Shown piece after piece: positions 30,524 through 39,174 of a stretch of 64,000 nt of DNA. The notes beneath the pieces were generated by a model, which was given only the letters and a program-made list of their open reading frames with translations, had not been told where the DNA came from and did no database searches. The first letter of the stretch is position 1, and the number at the start of each line of letters is the position of its first letter. Origin of the DNA: Halieaceae bacterium. Lineage in GTDB: Bacteria; Pseudomonadota; Gammaproteobacteria; Pseudomonadales; Halieaceae. The position numbers and the translations under genes are program-made. The stretch is from contig JAYOEE010000004.1 of NCBI GenBank assembly GCA_038106565.1, positions 14,633 to 78,632 of the forward strand, in the 5' to 3' direction.

Positions 30524-30952
30524 ATGAAAACATACAGCGCAAAAGCCGGCGACGTGCACCACGATTGGTTCGTCGTAGACGCTGAGGATCTGACGCTCGG
30601 CAGGCTCGCCACTGAGATCGCGCATCGGCTGCGTGGCAAACACAAGCCTGAATATACGCCTCACATGGACATGGGTGATTACATCGTCGTGGTTAACTGC
30701 GAGAAGGTTCGCGTGACTGGCGCCAAGCAGACCGACAAAATGTACTATCACCACACGGGATTTCCGGGTGGGATCAAGTCAGCGAGTTTTGAGCAGTTGA
30801 TCGATAGAGCGCCTGAGCGCGTTCTCCAGCGAGCGGTCAAGGGCATGATGCCTCGCAGCCCGTTGGGCCGAGCCATGCTGAAAAAGCTGAAAGTTTATGC
30901 GGGCCCCGCCCACCCACATGCGGCGCAGCAACCGCAGCCACTGACGATCTGA
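30524..30952 (+). CDS. rplM: 50S ribosomal protein L13
   Basis: ATG 30524 gives [20 protein letters not shown] and 142 aa, matching E. coli L13 in length and N-terminus. Confidence 0.97.
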   Translation: MKTYSAKAGDVHHDWFVVDAEDLTLGRLATEIAHRLRGKHKPEYTPHMDMGDYIVVVNCEKVRVTGAKQTDKMYYHHTGFPGGIKSASFEQLIDRAPERVLQRAVKGMMPRSPLGRAMLKKLKVYAGPAHPHAAQQPQPLTI

Positions 30953-30962
30953 GGGACTCTCT

Positions 30963-31355
30963 ATGGCGACTGCACAATACTATGGAACGGGCCGAAGAAA
31001 GACTTCGACAGCTCGCGTTTTTTTGCGAAACGGTAGCGGCAATATCGTAGTCAATGGACGGCCTGTAGACGAGTATTTCGGACGGGAAGTGGCGCGCATG
31101 ATTGTGCGGCAACCACTGGAGCTCACCGAAAACGTGTCCAATTTCGACGCAAACGTTACAGTAACTGGCGGCGGTAGCTTCGGTCAGGCGGGCGCGATTC
31201 GGCATGGCCTTACCCGTGCGTTGCTGGATTATGACGAGAGCTTGCGCGGGGCGTTGCGAGCAGCTGGCTTCGTGACCCGCGATGCGAGAGAGGTCGAGCG
31301 CAAGAAAGTGGGCCTGCGCAAGGCTCGCAGAAAGCCACAGTTCTCAAAGCGTTGA
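30963..31355 (+). CDS. rpsI: 30S ribosomal protein S9
   Basis: 130 aa with the basic C-terminus [11 protein letters not shown]. Confidence 0.97.
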   Translation: MATAQYYGTGRRKTSTARVFLRNGSGNIVVNGRPVDEYFGREVARMIVRQPLELTENVSNFDANVTVTGGGSFGQAGAIRHGLTRALLDYDESLRGALRAAGFVTRDAREVERKKVGLRKARRKPQFSKR

Positions 31356-31379
31356 ATAACGGCGCCAAGGCTATCGAAA

Positions 31380-31406
31380 AGACTCGTTCCGACGGGTCTT
31401 TTTTTT
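31380..31406 (+). terminator. rho-independent terminator after rpsI
   Basis: An 8-bp stem AGACTCGT/ACGGGTCT (one G-U pair) with a TCCG loop, followed by 8 T. An A-run on the 5' side means it could act in both directions. Confidence 0.7.
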
Positions 31407-31561
31407 GCCAGCCTCGCGGTTCCAATGGTATACACATTCTGAATGGCTCGAGCCCGGCCTTGGAGCTCGGAATCAATATTCTCAGGCAGGTTAGCGCGCT
31501 GCATGAGTGAGACAGAGCGCCTTTGAACCCCATTTTCTCTGCGTCGGTCAGGGGGTGAAGC

Positions 31562-31885
31562 ATGCATTACGTCTACTTGTTAGTCGCCGTAGCCCTAGAG
31601 GTGTGTGGGACCATGCTTCTCCCGCTGAGTGAGAATTTTTCGCGGCCTTTACCCACCGTCAGTTTGATCGCGTGTTATGCGGTCTCGTTTTACTGCCTAA
31701 CTTTTGCGCTCGACGCTTTACCGATTGCTGTGGTGTACGCCACATGGTCCGGCCTAGGCATTTTTCTCATCACGCTGTGTGGTTATCTCTTATTTCAGCA
31801 GGCGCTGGAATGGCGTGCGATAGTGGGGTTGATACTGATCGTGATGGGCGTGGTGCTGGTCAACGGCTTTGCGCATGCGGACTAG
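31562..31885 (+). CDS. small multidrug resistance (SMR) family transporter, EmrE/Qac-like
   Basis: 107 aa with 4 TM helices. The membrane-embedded Glu lies in ALEVCGT, and the motif VYATWSGLG resembles EmrE AYAIWSGVG. Confidence 0.8.
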   Translation: MHYVYLLVAVALEVCGTMLLPLSENFSRPLPTVSLIACYAVSFYCLTFALDALPIAVVYATWSGLGIFLITLCGYLLFQQALEWRAIVGLILIVMGVVLVNGFAHAD

Positions 31886-32013
31886 CGTGCCGGCTACTCT
31901 AGTTTGATCTCCGCGGGCATCAAGCGCGTATTTCAACTTGCTGGCGGCGGACGCGACCATTACACTTCGCGCGCTGAATTCATCTTGCTTGCCAAGGCCT
32001 AGAGGCTTGGCCT

Positions 32014-32036
32014 CGCCATCTGGTGTTCAGATGGCG
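32014..32036. other. perfect 9-bp hairpin CGCCATCTG-GTGTT-CAGATGGCG upstream of petA
   Basis: Read directly. It is immediately preceded by an imperfect hairpin at 31991..32011. No T-run follows. Confidence 0.8.
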
Positions 32037-32074
32037 TGCCAAACAGGCCTTGGTAATTCCGGAGACGCGCAAAT

Positions 32075-32695
32075 ATGACTGACCATTCAGATTCGCAGGG
32101 TCACAACTCTGATAACAGCCGAACACGGCGCCGGTTTTTGACAGCTGCAACTTCCGCTGTGGGATTGGGAGGTGTTGCGGGAGTGGCGGTCCCTTTCCTG
32201 GGATCTTGGAGTCCATCTGAAAAGGCCAAGGCCGCGGGCGCTCCCGTGCGCGCTGACATCAGCAAGCTCGAGCCCGGCCAGATGGTTGTCATTGAGTGGC
32301 GCGGCAAGCCCGTTTACGTGCTGCGCCGAACGCCAGAGCAGGTAGCGGGGCTTGTACAGCTCAACGATGATCTGAAGGACCCTCTGTCAGAATCGTCTTC
32401 TCAGCCCGACTACATTGCCGGTGAGGCTCGTGCATTAAATGAGGAATACTTGGTTTTGGTGGGGCTGTGCACTCACTTGGGGTGCGCGCCCAAGTTCCGT
32501 CCCGAGGTCGGGGCAGCGGACTTGGGTGGCGATGAGTGGCTTGGCGGCTTCTTTTGCCCTTGCCATGGGTCGAAATTCGACCTCGCTGGCCGTGTCTACA
32601 AAGGTGTGCCGGCCTCGGCCAATCTGGAAATACCCCCCTATTCATTCGAGAGCGATAACGTATTGGTTATCGGCGTAGACGCGGAGGTGGCGTGA
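32075..32695 (+). CDS. petA: ubiquinol-cytochrome c reductase Rieske iron-sulfur subunit
   Basis: Tat motif TRRRFL and Rieske boxes CTHLGC and CPCHGS. Confidence 0.95.
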   Translation: MTDHSDSQGHNSDNSRTRRRFLTAATSAVGLGGVAGVAVPFLGSWSPSEKAKAAGAPVRADISKLEPGQMVVIEWRGKPVYVLRRTPEQVAGLVQLNDDLKDPLSESSSQPDYIAGEARALNEEYLVLVGLCTHLGCAPKFRPEVGAADLGGDEWLGGFFCPCHGSKFDLAGRVYKGVPASANLEIPPYSFESDNVLVIGVDAEVA

Positions 32696-34695
32696 TGGAA
32701 AAGGCACTCACAGGACTGGTTGCCTGGATTGACGCACGTCTGCCCTTGACGCGCGCGTGGAACACCCACATGGGTGAGTACTACGCTCCGAAGAACTTCA
32801 ATCTTTGGTATTTCTTCGGCGTGTTCTCATTGTTGGTGCTTGTCAATCAATTGCTCACGGGCATTTGGCTGACGATGAACTACACCCCGTCGGCGGAAGA
32901 GGCGTTCGCGTCGGTGGAATACATTATGCGTGATGTGGATTATGGCTGGCTGCTCCGCTACATGCACTCAACCGGGGCTTCCGCATTTTTCATCGTTGTG
33001 TATCTGCATATGATGCGCGCGCTGATGTACGGATCTTACAAGAAGCCCAGAGAATTAATCTGGATATTTGGCATGCTCATCTTCATCGTGCTGATGGCGG
33101 AAGCCTTTGTCGGATATGTGTTGCCTTGGGGGCAAATGTCCTATTGGGGAGCGCAGGTCATCATCTCTCTGTTTGGCGCAATTCCGGTTGTGGGTGAGGA
33201 CATCGTGACCTGGATCCGGGGCGATTATCTTATTTCGGGCATTACCCTGAATCGTTTCTTCGCACTGCACGTTGTTGCGCTACCAATCGTGTTGTTGGCG
33301 CTGGTTGTTCTGCATATCCTCGCGCTACACGAGGTAGGGTCAAACAACCCGGACGGTATCGAAATCAAGAAGAACAAGGGAGCTGACGGTGTTCCTTTGG
33401 ACGGCATCAAATTTCACCCCTACTACTCCGTGCATGATGTGCAGGGTATCGCGGTTTTCCTGTTCTTTTTTTGTGGCGTGATATTTTTCGCTCCCGAGAT
33501 GTCAGGCTACTTCCTCGAATACGCCAACTTTGAGGAGGCCAATGGCCTGAAGACCCCCGAGCATATTGCGCCGGTGTGGTACTTCACCCCATTCTATTCG
33601 GTGTTGCGAGCGGTCCCCGATAAGTTCTGGGGGTTCGTATTTTTCGCCATATCGGTCGTCATCCCGTTCGCGCTGCCGTGGTTGGACCGAAACCCGGTGC
33701 GTTCTTGGCGCTACCGAGGTTTGCTGAACCGCGTCATGCTGCTCGTATTCGTGGCTTCATTCATCATCCTAGGAGTGCTGGGAGTGAAGGCGCCGACACC
33801 AGAGCGTACGATTCTTGCGCAAATCTGCACCATTTTTTACTTTTTGTTTTTCCTTGCGATGCCCTGGTGGTCGCGTCTGGATCGGACTAAGCCGGAGCCA
33901 GAGCGAGTGACCATGGACGGAGGAATGGGTTTTTGGAAGGGCATCGGTACCGTCGCCATTGTGGGCGCCCTGGCATTTCTTCCGCTCAAGGTCGTGGGTG
34001 CTGAGTCTGCTTACAACTGCGGCACAATGTCTTGCGATCCTTTTGAGGCAGACGCAGGCGACAAGCCTTCATTGCAGCGTGGCGCGGCTTTGTACGCCAA
34101 CTATTGCATGGGTTGTCATTCTCTGCAGTATTCCCGGCACAATCGCGTCGCGCGCGACCTGGGAATCCCAGAGGATCTTTACAAGGCCAATCTCGTCTTC
34201 GACCCGGAAATTAAGCTTGGCTCGCTGATGACAAACAGCATGGACAAAGCCGAGGCCAAAAAGTGGTTTGGCGCCACGCCACCTGATCTCACACTGATAT
34301 CGCGGGCGCGCCAACCAGAATGGCTTTACACCTACCTGCGTGCGTTTTATCAGGACGAGTCGCGTCCTTACGGGGTCAACAATCGCGTATACCCAAATGT
34401 CGGCATGCCCCATGTGCTGATGGAGTTGCAAGGCTTGTCGGCGTGTTTCGATGTATCCGGTGCGGCCTCAGCAAAAGCGGAGCAATGCGCTACGACGGAC
34501 CTAGTGTCTGCCGGAGCCATGTCACCGGAGCAGTTTGATGGTGCCGTTTACGATTTGGTCAACTTTCTGGCCTACACCGCCGAGCCGTTTAAAGCTGATC
34601 GCATCCGGATTGGTACGTACGTTCTGTTATTCCTGGTCGTGTTTTTTATTTTCGCGTGGTTGTTGAACCGCGAATACTGGAAAGATGTGCATTAA
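32695..34695 (+). CDS. petBC: fused cytochrome b / cytochrome c1 (FbcH-like single ORF)
   Basis: The N-terminal ~405 aa are cytochrome b (WYFFGVFSLL, LRYMHSTGASAFF, PEHIAPVWYF). From ~33925 there is a signal-like segment MGFWKGIGTVAIVGALAFLPLKVVGAES, then a c1 domain with CMGCH and a C-terminal TM anchor. No stop codon or frame change separates the two parts. ATG 32695 has GGAGG 7 nt upstream, and GTG 32692 is the alternative start. Confidence 0.85.
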   Translation: MEKALTGLVAWIDARLPLTRAWNTHMGEYYAPKNFNLWYFFGVFSLLVLVNQLLTGIWLTMNYTPSAEEAFASVEYIMRDVDYGWLLRYMHSTGASAFFIVVYLHMMRALMYGSYKKPRELIWIFGMLIFIVLMAEAFVGYVLPWGQMSYWGAQVIISLFGAIPVVGEDIVTWIRGDYLISGITLNRFFALHVVALPIVLLALVVLHILALHEVGSNNPDGIEIKKNKGADGVPLDGIKFHPYYSVHDVQGIAVFLFFFCGVIFFAPEMSGYFLEYANFEEANGLKTPEHIAPVWYFTPFYSVLRAVPDKFWGFVFFAISVVIPFALPWLDRNPVRSWRYRGLLNRVMLLVFVASFIILGVLGVKAPTPERTILAQICTIFYFLFFLAMPWWSRLDRTKPEPERVTMDGGMGFWKGIGTVAIVGALAFLPLKVVGAESAYNCGTMSCDPFEADAGDKPSLQRGAALYANYCMGCHSLQYSRHNRVARDLGIPEDLYKANLVFDPEIKLGSLMTNSMDKAEAKKWFGATPPDLTLISRARQPEWLYTYLRAFYQDESRPYGVNNRVYPNVGMPHVLMELQGLSACFDVSGAASAKAEQCATTDLVSAGAMSPEQFDGAVYDLVNFLAYTAEPFKADRIRIGTYVLLFLVVFFIFAWLLNREYWKDVH

Positions 34696-34776
34696 AAGCG
34701 CGCTAAGTTGGGTGAGTGCGTTATTCACCCTCAATTGAGTGGTAAACTACGCGACCCTTTAGCCAGTTGAAAACCT

Positions 34777-35424
34777 ATGTCTGATGATGCCTCAGGGATC
34801 GTATCCAAGCGATCCTCCATGACGTTGTTCTCCGATAACGCCAGCCACTACAGCCATCGTGTGCGGTTAGTGCTGGCTGAGAAGGGCGTAACCGTGGAAT
34901 TAGTCGAGTCTGAAACCGGTGCCGTTCCTGCTGAGTTGGGCGATTTAAACCCCTACAACACCATGCCAACGCTGGTCGACCGAGAGCTCGTTTTATACGA
35001 ATCTAAGGTCATGATGGAATACTTGGACGAGCGTTTTCCTCACCCTCCGCTTTTACCGGTGTATCCGGTTGCCAGAGCCGAGAGCCGGCTGTTCGTTTAT
35101 CGCATAGAGCGTGATTGGGCCAGCTTGGTGGACGCGATTCAATCGTCAAGAAGCGACAATGTGGTGAAGAAATCAACCAAGGAGTTGAAGGAGAGCCTCG
35201 TAGCGGTGGCGCCCATCTTCGCCGAGAAGCCGTTCTTTATGAGTGATGAGTTTTCTCTTGTAGATTGTTGCGTGGCCCCTATACTTTGGCGCTTGCCCTC
35301 TCTCGGCGTGGACATCCGTCCAAGCAAACAGTCCAAGCCGCTGTTTGACTACATGGACCGGTTGTTCAGTCGAGAGGCATTTCAGGAGAGCCTGTCGGTG
35401 CAAGAGCGGGAGATGCGCCCCTAG
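34777..35424 (+). CDS. sspA: stringent starvation protein A
   Basis: GST-like fold. The N-terminus KRSSMTLFSDNASHYSHRVRLVLAEKGV parallels E. coli SspA. Confidence 0.93.
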   Translation: MSDDASGIVSKRSSMTLFSDNASHYSHRVRLVLAEKGVTVELVESETGAVPAELGDLNPYNTMPTLVDRELVLYESKVMMEYLDERFPHPPLLPVYPVARAESRLFVYRIERDWASLVDAIQSSRSDNVVKKSTKELKESLVAVAPIFAEKPFFMSDEFSLVDCCVAPILWRLPSLGVDIRPSKQSKPLFDYMDRLFSREAFQESLSVQEREMRP

Positions 35425-35438
35425 GGCCCTAACCCTCC

Positions 35439-35813
35439 TTGAATTCCAGCCGGCCCTATATCATCCGCGCTATTTACGACTGGATCGTCGATAACGGTTG
35501 TACACCGCACTTACTCGTCGATGCCAATATAGAGGGGGTATCTGTGCCCCCTGCCTACGTGACAGATGGGCAAATTGTATTGAACATTTCTCCGAGCGCG
35601 GTGGTAGAGCTCGAGTTGGGGAATGAGCGCGTATTATTCAACGGTCGTTTTAGTGGTGTTGCGACCGATATCGCTGTGCCAATCACCGCCATCCTTGGCA
35701 TCTATGCTCGTGAAAACGGGCAGGGCATGGTTTTTGAGAGTGAAAGTGAGCCGGATGACCCACCCGAGCCTCCACCCGGCCGCTCCAAGCCGAGCCTGAA
35801 GGTCGTCAAATAG
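35439..35813 (+). CDS. sspB: ClpXP adaptor / stringent starvation protein B
   Basis: RPYIIRAIYDWIVDNGCTPHLLVDA parallels E. coli SspB, and the C-terminal LKVVK is the ClpX-tethering tail. TTG 35439 is the only possible start because an in-frame TAA lies at 35430. There is no SD. Confidence 0.88.
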   Translation: MNSSRPYIIRAIYDWIVDNGCTPHLLVDANIEGVSVPPAYVTDGQIVLNISPSAVVELELGNERVLFNGRFSGVATDIAVPITAILGIYARENGQGMVFESESEPDDPPEPPPGRSKPSLKVVK

Positions 35814-36393
35814 CGGGAGCGGGGATAATTTCGAATAGCTTTACCACTCGCTCGGCACCGCTGACTTCGGCAGCTTCTAGGGCCACTCGGTCGGCTTCTG
35901 CTTCGGTAAGGAGCCCCATTAGGTAAACCACGCTGTTCTCTGTGACAACTTTCACCCGAGTTCCCGGCGTGTCGGAACTGGCCAGAAGCTTCGATTTAAC
36001 TTGTGTCGTGATCCACGTGTCGTTAGTGATGGTGCCTGCTGTAACTGCCGGCCCAATTTCGAGTTCGTTATAGATTCTTCTGACATCATCCACTTCGCGC
36101 ACGACATCCGCGGCGAGGGTCTTGAGGTCTTCTGAGGGAACCTGTCCCGCCAGCAAGACGAAGCCGTTGTAAGAAACGATAGTGAGGTGTGCATTGTCGT
36201 AACCCTCACTGGCTGCATTAATGTTGACCTTTGCTTTCGTCTCAATGCTTTCGTCTGCAACCTGCTGTGCAAAGGTGCGCTCCCCGTCGTCTTCTTCGAT
36301 GGGGCCGGCACCTGCGCTGGACATAATTGCACCGCAGCCACTGAGACAGGCTACGGCGAGACTGAGTAGGAGTAGGGTAACTAGTTTCCGCAT
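35806..36393 (-). CDS. dolP: BON-domain outer-membrane lipoprotein (DolP/YraP-like)
   Basis: Lipobox LSGC and two BON repeats. The position after the diaA-like gene matches the yraM-yraN-diaA-yraP order. Confidence 0.8.
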   Translation of the reverse strand: MRKLVTLLLLSLAVACLSGCGAIMSSAGAGPIEEDDGERTFAQQVADESIETKAKVNINAASEGYDNAHLTIVSYNGFVLLAGQVPSEDLKTLAADVVREVDDVRRIYNELEIGPAVTAGTITNDTWITTQVKSKLLASSDTPGTRVKVVTENSVVYLMGLLTEAEADRVALEAAEVSGAERVVKLFEIIPAPAI

Positions 36394-36396
36394 GCG

Positions 36397-36972
36397 TTAA
36401 TCCTCCACTGGTCCAAAGGTAAAGGTTTCAATTAATCGTGCCAAGCAAACGGCGATGCTGTGGTTAAGCGTGAGTTGTCGTTCGACATTCTCATCTCCAG
36501 AGGAAATGCTCAGACCAGGTCCCCGCTGCCCAACCCATATCGTTACCACCTGTCGGTCGTCGGCTACCGTTTGGAATCGTTGGATATCGACGTCGCTCAG
36601 CGTTGAGGCAAAGACGATCGCGACATCCCCTGATTGGCCGAGCGCCTGAATCTGCTGGCTGGCCCATGTTCCGCCAGCTTCAACCGAATCAATATGGTGC
36701 GCAGCGAGTTCGACAACAGGCAGGCTAGGACGCTCTCTCAGAACGCCACGTTGCAGGAGACTTGCCAGTGCCACTGCGCTGGAACAATCCGACGCCAAGC
36801 CACAACTGAACAGTTTTTTTTCAGCAAGTATGGCTTCTGAGGAGAGCAGAGCCGCCTGTGCAATCTCCTCGGCGATGCTGTCCACCGACAAACTGGTGTG
36901 CTCCAGTTGTCCTCGGAAAAAATTGGCGATGATAGGGTAGGTGTCCAAGTTGATGTTCTTTACCCGCAACAA
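36397..36972 (-). CDS. diaA: SIS-domain protein, DiaA/YraO-like
   Basis: 191 aa, TTG start. It is collinear with E. coli DiaA as I recall it (ERPSLPVVEL against ERPSLPAIAL). Synteny supports the call, but the sugar-phosphate loop looks degenerate. Confidence 0.6.
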   Translation of the reverse strand: MLRVKNINLDTYPIIANFFRGQLEHTSLSVDSIAEEIAQAALLSSEAILAEKKLFSCGLASDCSSAVALASLLQRGVLRERPSLPVVELAAHHIDSVEAGGTWASQQIQALGQSGDVAIVFASTLSDVDIQRFQTVADDRQVVTIWVGQRGPGLSISSGDENVERQLTLNHSIAVCLARLIETFTFGPVED

Positions 36973-36979
36973 TTTTTAA

Positions 36980-37330
36980 TTAGGCAAATGCCGCTTTGAT
37001 CCACAGTGGGTTATCGATTGAACTGGCCGCATCATAAGCAATTACGTCAAACCGGCAAGGATGTGCAGACCACGCCGGGTGAAGCTGGAGAAAGCGCTTT
37101 GCGGACTTTAACAGTTTCTCCTGCTTTGCACGCCGGACGCTATTGATGGCGCCCCCAAAACGGCGCGAGGCTCGGAAGCGCACCTCTACAAAGACCAGAG
37201 TACTTTGGTCTGACATGATCAAGTCGATCTCGCCGCAGCTAGCAAGGTAATTGCGTGCCACCATCGAGAGGCCTTGACTGACCAGAAACAGCTCTGCGCG
37301 CTGCTCCCACTGCTGGCCGATGTTTCGCAT
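36980..37330 (-). CDS. yraN: YraN-family (UPF0102) endonuclease-like protein
   Basis: GQQWEQRAELFL..GEIDLIM..LVFVEVRFR motifs. The start is ambiguous: ATG 37330 is chosen, and ATG 37393 would overlap lpoA by 35 nt. Confidence 0.75.
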   Translation of the reverse strand: MRNIGQQWEQRAELFLVSQGLSMVARNYLASCGEIDLIMSDQSTLVFVEVRFRASRRFGGAINSVRRAKQEKLLKSAKRFLQLHPAWSAHPCRFDVIAYDAASSIDNPLWIKAAFA

Positions 37331-37358
37331 AGAATTGTCAAGTGAAGCCTGTAAGGGG

Positions 37359-39107
37359 TCAGCGTACACCAGCACGACGGACCTTTGCGCCATCGAAAGT
37401 GGCCAGATCAGAGGCTCTTTCAACATTGCCATTGCCCTGACGCCGCAACAATCCGGTCTGCCCTTGAAGAATCCAGTTATCGGTGGCGAGTGCTTGATGC
37501 CAATGTTGACTCAGCAAAATTGCGTCGCTACCCAGAGCTCTCAGTCGGGTGAGTCTGTCGGGCCTATTGGGTGGTAGCATGCCCGGCGACTCCACGAACA
37601 GCACGCCATTAAGGTCTCGGTTGCGGGTACTGTCTATCCCGTCGTTGATGGCAGAGGTGGCGTAGACGGGTGAGTCCCCGGTCATATGGAAGATGAGTAA
37701 AGGTCTCCAGGCTCTTGCTATGGCAGGATCACTGGCCAGCATGAAAATACACTCGAAGTCGCTGCGCCCTCGGCCCCTAGCATCGACAGGGAGGTCAAAT
37801 GCTTTCTCAATGGCGGTGATTCGCTGATCACTCGAACCCGAGCCGAGCAGTTGTCCCATCGAGGTATTGGCCTCGGAGAGGTCCTCGATAACGAGTTGCC
37901 CTCGGATCTTACCGCCCAAGCTGCTCCAGCGACGTCCAAAAGCATTCAGTAATCGGACGCCGCGGTCGTCAGCACCAGAAATAACAATCGCGTTGCGGCA
38001 AGCGTGCCCAAAGGCAACCTCTGCGATTTGAGCGGCTTCATCCTCAGGCGCAAGGCTGAAGCTGAGCCAATTGTCCGATACGGAACCATCTGCGACCGGT
38101 GATTGATTCAGTGCAATGATCGGAGTGGAGAATTGCGACAATTGTGAGAGGTCAGCTACTTCCTTTTTGGTGAGCGGCCCTATAACCAGATCCGCACCCT
38201 GAGCAATCGCCGCGTTATAGGCGCTACGCGCATCGCTGTAAGCGGCAGAGTTCAGCGCATCGAGACGAGGGCGGTGCTGTGGGTCTGGATAGAGCAAATA
38301 GAGTTGTTTTACTGCGCCATCTAGTACCGCTTCGCCCGCGGCTTCCAAAGCACCTTCAAGTGGCAGGATCGCCTTTATGCTGGTGTCAGAGTCTGCGTTA
38401 AGCCATTTTTTAATATGTTCCGGCGCCGGCGGGCGCAGTTGATTTATGGGGCGGGAGGCCTGCCACACTCTCAAGTCGCCTTGTCCGCGGCGGTAGGCTT
38501 GTTGCATCTCGAGCCAAGCACGCCAATCCGGATGGAGCTTACGCTCAAGTTCCCGTGAAATCTCCGCTCCATCAGCTCGCATGAGGTAGCCAAAGAGACG
38601 CTCACTCGCCATGTCGTCTCCGTCTGCCTCGAGATCTAAATTGCTTTGTTCCAAGACCCCTTTGGCTGCCTCCAGCCATCGGCCCATAGCAGCCGATCTG
38701 CGCTCTCTTTCGGACAGTACGAACGGAAGCGCAGCTGAATTGTCGGTTGAGAGCGTACCCAGAAGCTTATCTGCCTGCGCTACATCTCCCTCAAACCAGG
38801 CGAGGCGGCTGTCAATCGCCATTAATGTTGATGCATCGACGCTCATTGCCAGTGCTTGGTTGCGTTCGTATCTGGCCAGCAGGAGTGATTGGGTCCTGGC
38901 AATTTCCGATACTTCAGACAGCAAGCTGAGGTCCAGTCGCTCTCCCTCGATAGGCACCGGGGATGTCTCTGGCGCTGTCGGGTCACTGCCTCTCTGCACC
39001 ATTTTTGGGGGGGACGAGGTGCAGCTGGCAAGTACCAGCAATAAAAGGGCGACAATACCCAGATACGGTCGTGAAGGGGATTCAGAGTGAAAAGAAGCGG
39101 ACAACAA
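37359..39107 (-). CDS. lpoA: penicillin-binding protein activator LpoA (YraM)
   Basis: 582 aa with lipobox LASC, an N-terminal TPR-like half and a C-terminal periplasmic-binding-protein-like half. Divergent from rsmI as in E. coli. Confidence 0.8.
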   Translation of the reverse strand: MLSASFHSESPSRPYLGIVALLLLVLASCTSSPPKMVQRGSDPTAPETSPVPIEGERLDLSLLSEVSEIARTQSLLLARYERNQALAMSVDASTLMAIDSRLAWFEGDVAQADKLLGTLSTDNSAALPFVLSERERRSAAMGRWLEAAKGVLEQSNLDLEADGDDMASERLFGYLMRADGAEISRELERKLHPDWRAWLEMQQAYRRGQGDLRVWQASRPINQLRPPAPEHIKKWLNADSDTSIKAILPLEGALEAAGEAVLDGAVKQLYLLYPDPQHRPRLDALNSAAYSDARSAYNAAIAQGADLVIGPLTKKEVADLSQLSQFSTPIIALNQSPVADGSVSDNWLSFSLAPEDEAAQIAEVAFGHACRNAIVISGADDRGVRLLNAFGRRWSSLGGKIRGQLVIEDLSEANTSMGQLLGSGSSDQRITAIEKAFDLPVDARGRGRSDFECIFMLASDPAIARAWRPLLIFHMTGDSPVYATSAINDGIDSTRNRDLNGVLFVESPGMLPPNRPDRLTRLRALGSDAILLSQHWHQALATDNWILQGQTGLLRRQGNGNVERASDLATFDGAKVRRAGVR

Positions 39108-39174
39108 TAGGGTGACCTGCTGAACTCATCGCGGCAGTATAGCCCTAAGTGGGGGCGGATGGCCCCCTTGAGGA

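Noticed and set aside
31407-31561. Possible guanidine riboswitch (ykkC, mini-ykkC or ykkC-III) in the leader of the SMR gene.
   Set aside because: No pair of ACGR-loop hairpins and no ykkC-III-like pseudoknot core could be found. The only ACGG nearby is in the rpsI terminator stem. The protein also looks like the EmrE/Qac subtype rather than the guanidinium-exporting SugE/Gdx subtype.
39151-39167. GC-rich hairpin GGGGGC-GGATG-GCCCCC in the lpoA/rsmI divergent spacer.
   Set aside because: It is a short 6-bp stem with no U-run, located in a promoter region. It is unremarkable in GC-rich DNA and suggests no specific function.
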